Assembly: GCA_012295275.1 (NCBI GenBank)
Contig: CM022665.1
Coordinates: 27,404,001-27,468,000 of the forward strand
From: Chrysomallon squamiferum
Taxonomy: Eukaryota > Animalia > Mollusca
DNA length: 64,000 nucleotides
Direction of reading: 5' to 3'
The number at the start of each line of letters is the position of its first letter. Position 1 is the first letter of the stretch. A program made the position numbers and the translations under genes. This document shows positions 1 through 22,020 of this stretch, piece after piece. Under the pieces are notes generated by a model. It ran no database searches, had not been told where the DNA came from, and worked only from the letters and a program-made list of their open reading frames with translations.

Positions 1-479
1 TTGAACAGCAAGAGTCCTGTAACAGTTTGTAAAAAATAAACCATATTAGTATTTCTTAAAAGGTTAACTGACATCCTTTTTAGGTTAATAAGGATTAAAT
101 CAGTCAGAAAGACTAAAGAAAAAAACTTAAATTAATTTCAGATATTTGATCCACTGTGAATGTCACACCACACATTTCTAAGTAATTGGACATTTTTTTT
201 ACTTTTACTTTTTTACAATTTTATTTAAATTTTGATAAATTACTTTTCTGGTAAATTATATTTCTACATTTTAGTATTTAAATTTCTACTTCTTAGTTTT
301 ACTATTTAAATATGATTTTATTTCTTCATTTTATGTTTTTTAGCTGTTGCATTTTTTTTTTATGGACTATTTTACTTGAAAAGATATTTCTAATATGGCT
401 GATGTTTTTTAAAAGTAAAACTGAAATCATGGAGTAATTAAATTTTTTAGAGTTCATTATTACTTTTACTGTTATATTC

Positions 480-960
480 TTGTCACTAATCAGATATTAA
501 TATTCTTCAACATGTACAATGATTGATTATCTAACATGTAGTATTGTGAGTTTTTCTTGTTTTAATATTGGTCAAATTAATGATTTTTAAAAAATAAATA
601 ATATTCTGTAATATGTAGTAGTATTACTGATTTTGATAACAGTTTTTAATGTCAAACAAATAATACTGTAGATTTTTAACATGTGAAGTTTTGATTTTCT
701 AACATAATTTAAGTTTAACATGAAAATTAAAGATACATTAATTAAAGCTTCTGATTCTAATCACTTAAAGTTACTGATTCTAACCATGTAAAGTTTATTG
801 ATTTTAACCATGTAAAATTATTGATTTTTGATTGTAAAATATGTTAAGTGGCTAAGTTTAACGTGTAAAATTATTGAGTGTGTAATGTAAAGTTACTGAT
901 TCTTTAACATGTAAAATTATAGATTCTATATCATGAAGTCACAGATTATCTATTATATAG
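480..960 (+). repeat. Degenerate minisatellite, about 20-23 bp unit (TAACATGTAAA-[G/A]TTA[C/T]TGATT)
   Basis: Recurring words taacatgt/aaccatgtaaa followed by gttactgatt/attattgatt. Confidence 0.6.
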
Positions 961-3900
961 ATATAGATTCAATAAGTTTAGTATGTAAAGCTATGTAAAA
1001 GTATTACAACATAACAATATTGATTTAAAAAAAACCCCACAAATACTTTTAGCTAATACTGGAATATTAGGTATTATCTGATTATCATAAAACTGTTAAC
1101 ATGCAGAAACAATAACAGTGAGCTCATTTCAAGCCTATTGCTTTTCACTGGTTTTGTTTCGGATTTATTTCACTAAACATTAAGAAAAAAGGATATAGGA
1201 TTATTTTTATCTACCATTGATCACACTGCAAAATGCCCCAATCCTATGCTTAAGGCGAATTCAATTTTAAACTTAATGAATGCCTGTGAAATGATAACGA
1301 TACGGGTTGTGGTTGTATGATGGAGGACAGATAACATGCTGAAAAAGCCTGACAAAACGTGACAGGCAAATTTGGAGCTGACAATGGCCGATGTAGCTTG
1401 ATCAAAGTGATTTGCTGGGGTTATTAGCACCATTGCCTCATCGGGTGACATCAGTACAATACAGCTTAATCCATCCCTGAATTAGAAAACGATGCAGAAA
1501 ACAGATTTTTAAAATCTCTTCTTTTTTTTTTTTTTTTTTTTATATCTCTTCTTTTTACCATTGACAGTTGCATAGAATCTTGATTTGTCATGTAATCCTT
1601 GTGTAATGCTTTCAGATATTCAAAGAAAGAGAAATAAAAAGTGTTAATGTTATTGGCATTTAAAATAAAATAAATAATCTAATACCAGCTTCAGTTTTAA
1701 ATAAATGTTCTTCAGATATTCACTGAGAAAAAAAAAAAAAAAAATAAAAATAAAAGAAACAGGCATTTTAGATAATAAAACAAATTCTTGTTTACTTCAG
1801 TATTAATAAATGTTTTATTAAATAAATATCTTGTCTCAATTTGAATGATCTGTAACGTTTTGACATTTTCAGTAAAACTATTCTTGCATTTTCGTATTAA
1901 ATAAAAAACCTGTTTAGTAGCCCAGCAGTTTATTGAACAATTTAGATATACCTATTCAATTTTAATGTGAAATTTGACTGCAGTCACGGAGGCAAGATCT
2001 TAAGTAATACAAAATTGAAATAATTTTAGAGATCTATGAAAGATGCCAGGATATTACATCTGAGAATTAATAAATTGTGTGTTGTCTGAGGTGTTTTCAA
2101 TTGAGAATGGACTTTTGGGACAGATTTATTGAAGAATGGTTTCCTGACTAGCTACATAAAATTCTTTATATACACATAACATTATGATACGTGTGCACAC
2201 ACACACACACATACACATACACATGCATACATACATGCCTTCATGCACATACATAATTAGCCCTTGGAAAGTTTCTGCCTGTCTTAACAAATTACAAATT
2301 ATAACTGTCACTTTCAAACTGATAAATCTTTTTAAAAATATAAAATAACCCTTTGCTTTCATGAAATGGCAAATATTAAGGTACATTGTTCTTCTTGATT
2401 TTTTTTAAACTTAATATGTCTTCATTTTACTGTTTAGAAACAAATACCCTTAACAAGTCCCTATGATAAACATTTTAATAATGAAACCTTTATTTCAACA
2501 AAACAGCCATGTTGGTTGAAAGTGAAGGATAGTGATGCATATGGAGAGGGTGGAAAGAAAGAAAAGAAGATGGAAAGCGACAGAAAGAAAAAGAGGGATA
2601 GACAAAGAAAGACATAAAAATAGACAAAGAGTTGGAGAGGGAGAGAGACAGAGAAAGAGAGGGAAACAGTGAGGGAAGGAGGGGAGGGGGAGAAAGTGAG
2701 AGAGTGAGATAATGGAATAGAAAAAATACATACACTAACAGACATAATATTGTTTTCCTTAAAATATTTTCTCTTTTTTGAAACAGCTAACTGAAAAATA
2801 CCACTGACAAAAATACCTATAATTATAAAAATATAAAATAAAGAACTCTTTGATTGATAAAAATGGCCATGAAATGACAAGTACTAAGAGAAATACTAAG
2901 TGTTTTACTTTAAATATCGTTTTTCTTTTCACTTGTTTACAGGAAAATACCTTTTGGCATTTGTGCAGCCATCAATTTGGTCTAATTTGCCCTTATGTTC
3001 TCCTGGCTTTGTCAGTGTGGAATTACTGAAACCAAAAACCAAATCAGCAAACATTTGTCAGTCTGAGAAAATATCTACACTGTAACTGTTGGGTCTTAGA
3101 TCAGTAACTGAATCACAAGTGAAACAAGAACAAAATACTTATATTTTCTTAGTTTTCACATACTATTTACAATTCACTAATTCAGTATAGATAAAATGAT
3201 ATTTGTTACAGTTTGAAAGAAAGAAATTTTTATGTTTCTACAGAATTTTATTTAAAAAACAAAAATTAATAATAACAACCAAGTGAAAGAAAACAAAAAA
3301 TTGTGTTTTCTTAATTTTCATAACATTTACTAATTCAGTATAGACAGAATGATTTGTAATATATTAGTGTTTTTATAACATAACAAAATAAACCTAAATA
3401 TTTATTCATTTTAGAAAAAAAAATCTTTTTCCTTTTATTTTCTATTTTTTTCAGATTTGAATTTTTACATAACAAAATTAATTGATAATTAAATTGATCC
3501 AATTACCAAGTGAAATAATTAGAATTTTTAAAAGCCCCCAAAATACAGTCATTTAAAGACAGGGTTTCTTTGTCACTGGAGTAGAAATGAAAGTTTAAAA
3601 AGTTTTTCCCTTGTCACAAATTAATGGAAATGAGACACTAAAGTATTTAAAAAGAATTACCAGACAGCGGACATCCCAAGTTTCAGGTTAAATGGAGGTT
3701 TTCAGGCAGAAAATGCTAATCAGCCATGTTGTATTCTAAGATGAGCAGGGATTAGCCTTGCAGCGGTCATATCTAATTAACAATGGATTTTAAAACGTTC
3801 GACAACTCACTCAGCGAGGAGATAGCTTTGTGTACGCAGGTTTGGCCGACGTCTTTCGCAACACCATTTGACAACATCTCCGTCTTCTTGTGACATTGAA

Positions 3901-5364
3901 TAAGAGATGGAAATTACACCATTGTACAGACAAGTCTAAGATAATCGTAGAAATTACACCATTGTGCAGGGGGACACTGCAATAATTGTAGAAATTTTTT
4001 TTTGTCTTCATTTTGAAACAAACTGAAATTGGATGCATAGACAGTGTTTTCAGTTTTAATTGTGTGAGCAGACGTGGTGTCTGGTAATGGGTCGTGTGAA
4101 TAGAAAGTAGCATTTCAGAACTGTTTGTTGAGAAAACAGCATTGCCGTGTTATTGGGTCCCTGATTCTGGAACCTAGGACAATGAAAATATCAAAGCTTT
4201 GTATCATACACAGAAATCAATAGTGAATCCTTTTATTAAAAAATCTTAATTCATTTATGTTGAAAGATCTGAAATCATAATGTGAAACTGGATTATGAAA
4301 TAATTTATTTCATAATATTATCTTAGCTTATTAAATTTCTTTCTTGTAAACACACACAGCTTTAATTTTGAATGATAATCTTGTAATCAGAAATTGCTTA
4401 AATCTGGAATGATGATAATATGTTAGACAAGTTGCAATGAAATATTTTGCTTTTTTATTTTATTTTTTTTAAACAAAGTATAAGCAGATTTCTTGGGGAA
4501 GAAGAATAAAAATGACAGATGTTCTTAAAGTCTTTTAAAATGAGTAAAAATCATTATTGTTTGTTTATCTACAGAAGCTATGAGTCGGCCTATATGGTAA
4601 TTCATAGCATTTTTCATTAAAAAACATCTGATGCACTAATGTCATGGGTAAAACTGTGATTACAAGCTGAAAAGTTTCTAAGTTATTAAAGTTAAGTTTA
4701 AGAACAGAATAGACCTATATTTTAATGTCTGTTTTTAATAACCAACTGGTAGGTCTTAGCATGCTTCTACCAGAGAAACTGATCAAGCATGCTTGCCATG
4801 GGCACAGCCATTGTGTAAATTACAAGATAGAAGGTTACTAAAATATGAGAGTTCTTTTTAAGAACAGGACAGATTGTTATTTTAATGTCTGTTTCTATAA
4901 CCACTGTATGGCAAGTGTTTGGTCACTTGCCAACATTCTCTACTGGTATTGCAGTGTTTTGCTTGTTAATGATGCTTTAGTTGGTTTAAAAGACCGTGAA
5001 AATAAACTGTTCAGCAGAAAAAAAAAAAAACAAATATTCCTGCTATGGCATGCTAATCAGTTGTATTCTATCTCTAAATACCATCAGAATCAAAAACAGT
5101 GTATGAGTGTAATTAAAATGACATTAAGAAATTGCTTGATTATAAAATAATTATAGTAATGATGAGATTGGTGGTTTGGTAAATTAGTTAAAAACATACA
5201 AAATTTCTCTTATCAGCATATTTGCTTCTTGAATTTTAAAAAAATCAGAAAAGGTATGATGTGCATGAATGCATTATTAGACAGTTAAGCTGATTCCAAC
5301 TATTGCTTATAAACTGACCTTATCCAGATTAATATTTAAAAACTACATTCAGCCTTGGAAATGA

Positions 5365-5368
<4 letters not shown>

Positions 5369-5446
<78 letters not shown>

Positions 5447-5472
5447 TACCACATATACACACACACACACAC
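5369..5472 (+). repeat. (CA)n microsatellite, interrupted
   Basis: Direct reading of the sequence. Confidence 0.95.
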
Positions 5473-5769
5473 CAATAATTACATGAGCATCCGTTAAAAC
5501 AAAGAGACACTTTAATAATACTGAAAAACTTCTGGAGGTAATTTAGTTTTGCCATCAAATGTTAAGTTTCTTTGAAAATTTCATCTGTTGCAGAATTAAT
5601 GTTAAATAAATAAAAAACAACAAACCTCAGAAGGGAAACTCAACAAACATTATGCAGTTTTAACACTTGTGAAAACATGGAAGGTAATTAATTAGTTACG
5701 TCGTCCTACTCAGTGGTATAAAGGAATAGATATTTATCAAACTCTAAATGATTTTGTGTAATACTTCAC

Positions 5770-7070
5770 AATTAATGTCTACCAGATTAAGAAGTAAAAA
5801 CATATCATTGAAGTCTTACACAAATGTAGAAAAATTACTTTTAGTTCCACACACTGTTTTTAACAGACCTACCAGAAAGTTCTTAACCTGTACTATGTTC
5901 TTACAGATCTACCACATAGAATTCTGGAATATTATGTTATAGATCACATTTTCAAAAGGCTGTTTTTGTTGGGGTTTTTTTGTTTTGTTTGTTGTTGTTG
6001 GGTTGGTTGGGCTTTTTTGTGGGAGTGTTTTTTTGTTGTAAATTTTTGTTGCTGTTGTTATTTGTTTTTGTTTTGTTGTGTTTTGGGGGTTTGGGGTTTT
6101 TTTTAATATACTTTCTGGAACATATTCTTGAATGCCATCATCTGCTTCTAGATTATAATTTGTTTTTGCTGTTGTTTTTAGTTTGTTTTATTTCTGTTTG
6201 TTTTTGTTTTTTTAGATGTACCATAAAGAGTTATGCAGAATCATCTTCTGTTAGAACTTTTAGTTTTAGACAGTTTTGGAGGTGTTTTATCTTTTGTTTG
6301 TTTATTTTTATTATATCTAAAAATAAAAATAAAATAATAAAACAAAGAAAGAAAGAAGGAAAACCTAGCAGAAATGATTGGGAATGTCAGCGTCTTGTGC
6401 TAGATTATACGATTTATAAACCTGAAACTATTCTGATAAAAAAAACATTTTCTAATTTTAGACCGTAAAATGCTATGTGAAATATCTTCAGAACTGTTCA
6501 TAAAGAATTACCAGGGAAGAGTTAAATCTGTTTAAAGACATCTCACAACATTTTATATCACTGGTTTATTAGATAACAAATGTAAGATTTTATGTGATAA
6601 AATCTTAAGTAATAAATACACTGGTGTCACTCCATGCCATATTCTAAACTGTCATTTCTAGATAGGGTAGTGGAATTTCATCTATTGTTCTAGATATTTT
6701 TTGTTTATACACCTACCAGAACATATTTTAATGACATTTCACATTTTAATTTTACTGAATTATTAAATATAGAACACCGAGTTTGTATGATAAAATCTTC
6801 AGGAAGAAATTTATGAAATAGTTGTATCAATGCCATTTTCTTTAAGTATACCTACCAGATAGAGTTGTGGAATTTCATCATTTATTTTATATATGTTATG
6901 TGGACCTACCAGATAGACTATGGAATTTTCTGGTTTTAAGTGTGTTTTTTTTTTTTTTTTTTTTTTTTAATGTACCTACCGGAGTGCCATCAAGTAGTCA
7001 GAGTTCTTCCTGGACTGCATATTTACTGCAGATTAAATCTGTACATTGCTTTTTTTAACTATCTACCACA
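5770..7070 (+). repeat. Dispersed degenerate repeat with core [CT]CTACCAGA / TGGAATTT
   Basis: About eight variants of acctaccaga/tctaccaca, several followed by gtggaatttc, at irregular spacing. Confidence 0.5.
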
Positions 7071-9178
7071 AACAGTTATTGCCTTCGGTGTATGTTCTGA
7101 ATCAGGGTCTGTGTTAAACACTTACCTCTCTGTGTGTGCCAGAACCTCACTCTGTTATTTATTACTCTCAGAACTGATAGCAGTTACCTTCACAACAGTG
7201 CATGTTAGACATGCTTAGTTAATTGACTCTAATTTGATAAAGAGAAAAATATAAACAAGAATCATCAACTCCTGTTAAGGTGTGTTTTAAATCAAAGCAG
7301 ATAAGATTCATGTGTAGTTTTATTACTTCTGAGCAAGCATTTTCAAACCATGAATTTAGATTATGACTATAAATAAAAAAAATTTAACAGGTTAATGTGG
7401 CAAATGTTTTATAGTTGTTAAAAATTATTAAATGGGAGTATTTGTAATATCAAATTTTTAAAAATATATATAAGGTTCAGCATATGAATGCCAAATAAAC
7501 ACTTGTTTAGCATGTTGGGAGGGGGAAGGTTTGTGTGTGCATGTGGGTGTTCCTGTGTGCCTGCCTTTGTGTATGTGCCTGTGTATCTGGCTGTGTGTTT
7601 GGCTATGTCTGGTTGTGTGCCTGCCTATGTCTGGTTGTGTGCCTGCCTGTGTTTGTGTCTGGCTGTAAGTATGCAGATGTGATTGTCTATGTGTGTGTGT
7701 GGAAAATGCAGACAAAATGTATGTAAATATGAAATGTCTCTCTTTCAACCGTGACATTTGAAAATAATGTTAAATAGCAGTTAAAACCCCCCCCACAATA
7801 TTGTATTGTTTTTTTTTGGGGGTTATTTAGAAGCTTCTTGCATACCTGTATGCTTATAGTTGCATTCTCATCCTTTTAACCTATAAAACGACCATAAGAA
7901 ACTTGTGAGTATTAACTTATGTTTCAAACTGTGAGCTATGTCTTTATTTCTGCACACATTCTCAGTGATACTAGTACAGAAGCGGTGATTTATGTGCTAA
8001 AATAACACAGGCACACACAGATCACTCAGAGGTAGCCACATCACAACACAACACAGAGTCCAGTGAAAGTGATGGAGCCACAGTGATGGATCATAAACCA
8101 CAGGACTGTCTGTCCATGCATGGAGACTATAAAGCCTTAATCCCCACCCTCCCACTGCTTCTGGTGTCAGCAGACAGATATTAGTAGCAATAAACAACTC
8201 CCCCAGAGCTCTCCCTGCTGGAGTCTGGTGCCATGTTGGCAGACAGAGAAGATTCAGCATCTCTCCAGTAAAAGAGAAAATTCCACATTGTTAATTTAAT
8301 TGCTGGTTATGCCACACTTTGTCATCAGTTTAACACTGTAACAACGTATTGGCAGCCAAGCAGAACTGTTAGTTATTGCACAACCAGACAGAATTAAGTG
8401 AGAGATAAAACACACGAATTGTTTTGCTAATATACCAATTACCATATGTTTGATGCATAACTTTCATCACCTAAGCAACATTAGTAGGTAATAAACACAG
8501 TAGATACTGGTAGGCCATGTGTTATATAATTCACATTACAATTACAGTGTTGTATTTCTGCTGGGATTATTTTTATTATTTTTTTCCTGATACGAATATA
8601 ATGGGCCCAGCTAGTTTCATTATAATGAAGTTCTCAACCTACAAGAAATGTGGGTTCTGTCAACAACTCAAGTTGTTTTCTACTTTACCACACTCTTTTG
8701 TCTATCAGGAGTTTGGGGAGAATTTGGAGGTAATTTTAAACCAGATTCAAATCTTTTGGCACAATGATCCAAAAATAAACCTATGCTGAATAGAAAATTA
8801 CATACAATTCTATTTTTAGTAAAATCAGTTTGGAAAAAATCTCCATAAAAATGGATCTTTTTCATTTGAGATCAACATAACCACCTATCATTCCTTAACT
8901 GTAACAAAAACAGATCATTAAAACCTATATCAGATCTTTTTATAATTTTTAATTGTTTTTAATATATGTGTGTTTGTGTGCATGCACACTATATGAATAT
9001 ATTTTGAGATTTAATTATAACTTATATAGAAAATAAAGAATTCATATATATAGAAAATACTGTTTGAGAGAAAAGAAATTATGAATCTCTCTGCAATTAA
9101 AACAGTATCAACTAAGAAACTAATATGTTAATGTTAATCATTAGAAAACATTAAAGACATAATTCTTTAAATACATAA

Positions 9179-17061
<7,883 letters not shown>

Positions 17062-20000
17062 ACACACACAGCAGCTATGACAACAGCAGCATTGAATTTA
17101 AGAGTGTTAAAAAAACCTCTGTTGTTCAGTATGAATAAAGCCAAAAGTAGCTGTTTTGTTTCAGCAGATTACAAAATTGTTTTTTTTTTTGAAGTGACAG
17201 TTTTTTATAAAAACCAGACTTCAGGTGACTGTTTTTTTTATTAAAGAAAATAAAGAAAGTAAAAAGATTACAGATTCAAAAATAATTAATGAAATGAAAA
17301 CTTGATTCTGTTTTTATTCTTGAAAATGCTTTTTTTTTTTTCTATTTAATATGTAAAAAAAAAAAAGAAAGAAAAAAGAAAAAAAGAAACAAAAAAGTTC
17401 TGTACAGTTTGCTCATATTTATACAGATCACTTTAATACAATATTTTCCTAACACTAATAAAAATTAAGATATCTGAAAGCACAGATGGAACAGAAGGTT
17501 ATTATCTACTGAACACTTTTTTCTTTTGTCCAGTAAATATCAAGGTGCTATCTGATGCATTTTTTTTTTTTTCAAGAAAATTTTAATTATTATTACTTTA
17601 TTATTATTATTATTATTGCTAATGCTATTGTTTCTTCTTTTATCATATTTTACTCTTTATGACTGTAAATATAAGCACTGATCAGTTACAAAATGTAAAC
17701 AAATGACAATCTTATTTTTATTTTTTCACTAACATTTTCATTGTAAACTTATATTATATTTACACTGTACTGGTTTACTGAATTTTTAATATTAATTTTC
17801 ATCCTTTCCACCATTTTGTGGAAATGTGGGACAACTCAGACACCAGATGGCACCACTACAGTCTACCTCAGCTAACATCTCTTTAACTCAAGTGTTTTAC
17901 ACTTTTAATTCACATTTTAACTCTTCATTCAAGACTTTAACATCCATTAACACTCACCTGTTTTAGCTTTGCATATTTCTTACATTTGAAACAAACTTTA
18001 CAAATGACTTTTGTAATAGTTTTCACATACACTTAAAAAAAAAAAAAAATTAAAAAGTACCACAAAACACTTTTGTTACTGGAAGTGGTTCATATTTCTT
18101 GCTTCTTTCTGCGAAGGGAAGAAACAAGATGAAAATAGGATGTTTCTTTCTTCTGTGAAGGGAAGAACAGACAAATGATTTTACAATGATTAAAATAAAA
18201 TGTTTAACATCATCTTGGTACTTTTATTTTTTTTTAAAAAGCTTACTTTGGAGTTTGATGTTTTTTTAGGTGATAATAGAAAACACACAGCTATCTTTTG
18301 TGAGCTTTGTTCATCAGTAACCAGCAAGAAATTTTTTTATATATACTTTTCCAAAGACAGGAAAATACATACCACAGATTGGTAGACAGCATTGAGAAGC
18401 ATAGATCATGCAATCTGTCATGACTGAGACCTCAGTTGTAAATACTGAGTTTGTAAATACTGACCTACAAGTGCTCCAAATGATATTTAAAAACCCACAC
18501 ATACAAAAACAAAGAACCAAAAAACCACAGTGAAATAAAGTAAATTAAATATGAAGCCTAATTATGTACATATTCATTAATTTCTCATTTTTAATTAGGT
18601 TCACATTGAAAAAAAAAAAAATTAAGATATTCCAGTATCATTTATGAAAGAAGAAAAATTAATAATTTTATGAGCTATGAGTTGTGTAATTTACAACAGC
18701 AAAAATGGCACAATATGATACATTTATACGTACATTTTTTTTAACATAATCACGTCTGTCTTATTACCAGTGTTTTCCATTTACTTGTACAACACTCCTA
18801 CCTGTACAATTACTCTGATAGTTTGCCATATGGAAATGGCATTTCTGATAGACTCCAGACTGAAATGTCTACAGGAAAACACTCATGCCAACCAGCTATT
18901 TTATTGTTACTTTAATAACAAAAGTGACATTCTTAACTACACTGGTTTATTTTCTAGATGTGACTTGTACTGACTTTTAACAAAGCAGAAGTTTTATTCC
19001 TGGCAAGACTGACTAAAATCTCTAAATAAAAATTTACCTTAAAATACCATAAATGTACATACATACACAATGAATTGTAGGTGTGATTTTAATTTTAAAA
19101 TATTTATAATAAAACTGACTGTCAGTGCACACATCTTAACAGATAATTTCCCTTTTGTTTCTCTTATTTTATTTATTGTTAAAATTGACCAATGTGGTGC
19201 TAGATTTAGGTGGTTTGCAAAATTTATTTTTTGTCATGCATTGGGCATGCAGACATTGTTTTATTATTCACCAAGCATGCAAACTTGATTTTATCATCTA
19301 CCGTGCATGTAGATTTTATTTGTATGACACTCATCATGCATGCCGACTTCAGTTTGTTCATTTACCAAGCATGTCAAGTTCGTATCACTTACCATGAATA
19401 CTGTTGTTAATAATAATTAACATTTCTTTTAAGAATTATTAACCATTCTTGTTATGGTTTGTAAATATTATTTCATCTTTTATCATTCTGTAGTTTGCAA
19501 ACCATTATTTTATTTTGTACATACTTACTCTGGTTAGCATTTATTATCATTTATTATTAATTTTTCCATGTGACTCTGCATGTTTTATGGTTTACAAATG
19601 TAATAATATTGTTTTTGTTTTGTTTTGATCATTCATCAAATATGCAGTGGTTTGCATATATAAGTTTATACCATGTAGTCTGTTGTGTCATTTTCATTAT
19701 GTATACCAAACATTGTACAATTTGCAGAATTATTATTATTATTATTATTCATAATCTAATCTATGGTTACATAAATAACATTTTTTTTTTTTACTTACCG
19801 TGCATGTAGCATCAGTTATTTTTCATTGATGCCATGCATGAATTTTTTTTCTTATTTTTTTAAAAAATGTTTGGGTTACTGACACCATGCATGAAAACAT
19901 AATTTTTCATTCAAAACATGCATGCTGTGTATTTGATGTTATAGGACCATTTGTACCACAAGCGGTGGTACTGTGACCAATATTTAGACATTTGTACAAA

Positions 20001-21972
20001 GACCTTGAACACTTTTGTTCATCAAACACTATTGTTCTGTACACACGAGTGTGTGAAATGTGTGTAAAATATCTGTGTTTATATATTTGTATATTTATTG
20101 CCCTTGTGTACAGGTTGTTTGTTTTAATGGTTTGTTTCTTCTCTCTTTTTTTTAAATATATTTTCTTCTTCATGTGAGTTTCTTTGCTGCTTTGAAAATG
20201 TAGTATTTATAGATTTTTATTGTATTTTAAAACCCAAAATTGACAACAAAAAAAAAAAAATGTAATTTGAAATTTGAAAATATGTAGAAAAAAATATTTG
20301 ACAGGATTTTTTCTGAAGTGATTCTGATTCAAGTCATTTTAACATGACTAAGAAAAAAAAAAAAAAAAACATACCCCCAAAAAATTGATTGAAAACAAAA
20401 CACTAACAAAATTATGGCTTATTTAAGATGTCTCTGCTGTATATTTTCATATTCTAAAAGAAATAGCTGGACATTGTTATTATAACTGAGTTGTTATATA
20501 GATACAGTTTTGTTATAACTGACAGAAAACTTTGTAATTCTCCTGTTTAATTCATATATTTTTCTAGTTTCTTTCTTTATATAATACATGTATTTGAAAT
20601 AATGTAAAACTTTGTAATTAAAAACAATAATTGTAACACTTTAACAGATTTCTAATTTTTATTATAAATTCATTATTACTGATACTAACTTAAAAAAAAA
20701 CATTAATATTTACTTAGTATGACAATATTCACTGCAAGTGTGCACATTAAATCACTAGATATAAATGCACAACATATACCAACCATCCTACTGAGATTTT
20801 TGTAATGGACTCATACATATTCTCAGGTTCTGAAATGAGAAAGATGTGATCTTAAATTCATCAAAATTCATTAACATTTTACAACTGAATTGGCATCAAA
20901 AACTGAGGTATCTAAGACAAAGAATTAAATTAACTTCGACCGATTAGCATAGCATGTACATTAAATGCTGCCTGTTGTTAGAGGTATTAGAAATAATATA
21001 TGTATTAGTACCTAGTGAAAATGTTTAGACCTGTATACTGTTATTATTAGTAATATGGATGATTACTATACAGATTTAACTATCTTCCTTACCATGATAA
21101 AAATGAAACATCAAATTAGAAGTTTTTGTCAATGTGAGTAAATACCAAAAGGCAGAAGCATAGTTCTAATATATATTTAAAACTTTAAAAAAAAGTCTTG
21201 AATATTGTCTGAAAGAAATGTTTTGCTAATGCAAAAGAAAGACAGTTAATGAAAAAAAAAATTAAATATAAAATGTTACAGTTATTTTGATTGAAATGAA
21301 TAAATCAATAGCCATTTGAAACCTGTAGAATGCAGATTAATTAGTAATTTCTTTTACATTATAATGAATGATTGATTTTAACATTTTGTATTTGTCTTTT
21401 AGCCTGATACACAATTTTTATAATTAAGTAACATGGTTCTACATCCTAATTAGTCAAACCTATGACACTTTTAAATTTCTTTATATTTACTGTCTTACTC
21501 TTTTTTTTTTTTTTTTTTTTTTTTTAATAAATAAAATCTTAGTCTTACAGTTGTGTTATTAGCTAGATAATCAAACTCAATGAGTTATTAGCAAAAATAA
21601 TTTAATTCTAGTTTGAAAAATTAATTTAGAAATGGTTGAATCAGGAATAATGGTTTTAAGTCTTTTGATGTTAATTACTGACCAATGAAATGCTTTGTAA
21701 CAAAAAAATTCATATCGTTATGTCAGTCATTTTTGCTGACAAAAACCTATGATAAACCAAATACATTTTCCATCAGGGAATAATTGAATTAGATTTTAAT
21801 CATATCTTTTTGATGTGTAAATTAACTAACCTTGCAAAATAATGTGTTAATCAAATTTAATGATTCTTACATGTTCACAGCCTACAGCAATGCAATAATT
21901 TGTCTCACTATTGCTCTGTAGCAAATATTATATCCATATTTTACTGTACTGTGTCATTTTGTGCAATGAAAC

Positions 21973-22020
21973 ATTAAAACTTTAAAAAAAAAAAAAAAAA
22001 AAAAAATGTGTTTGTTGTGT
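21973..22020 (+). terminator. Candidate distal polyadenylation site of TRIM9 (implies about 4.9-kb 3'UTR)
   Basis: ATTAAA at 21973-21978, with an upstream TGTA, then a genomic A-run (21984-22006) and a GT-rich downstream element TGTGTTTGTTGTGT. A proximal AATAAA lies at 17134-17139. Confidence 0.4.

Noticed and set aside
480-960. Regularly spaced short repeats as a CRISPR-like array
   Set aside because: Eukaryotic intron; the units are degenerate and contiguous, with no unique spacers and no cas genes.
3116-4910. Two pairs of about 160-bp-spaced degenerate direct repeats (near 3116/3280 and 4697/4857)
   Set aside because: Ordinary old tandem duplications in an intron with no functional signal.
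1221-8865. Many 60-160 aa ORFs upstream of the TRIM9 SPRY exon
   Set aside because: They are low-complexity translations of microsatellites and A/T runs (CVCV, FFFF, SLSL) with no domain motifs. I found no TRIM9 FN3 exon here, so this is intron.
21984-22006. Poly(A) run as a retroposed insertion tail
   Set aside because: No TSD or retrocopy body, and long A/T runs are common throughout this window.
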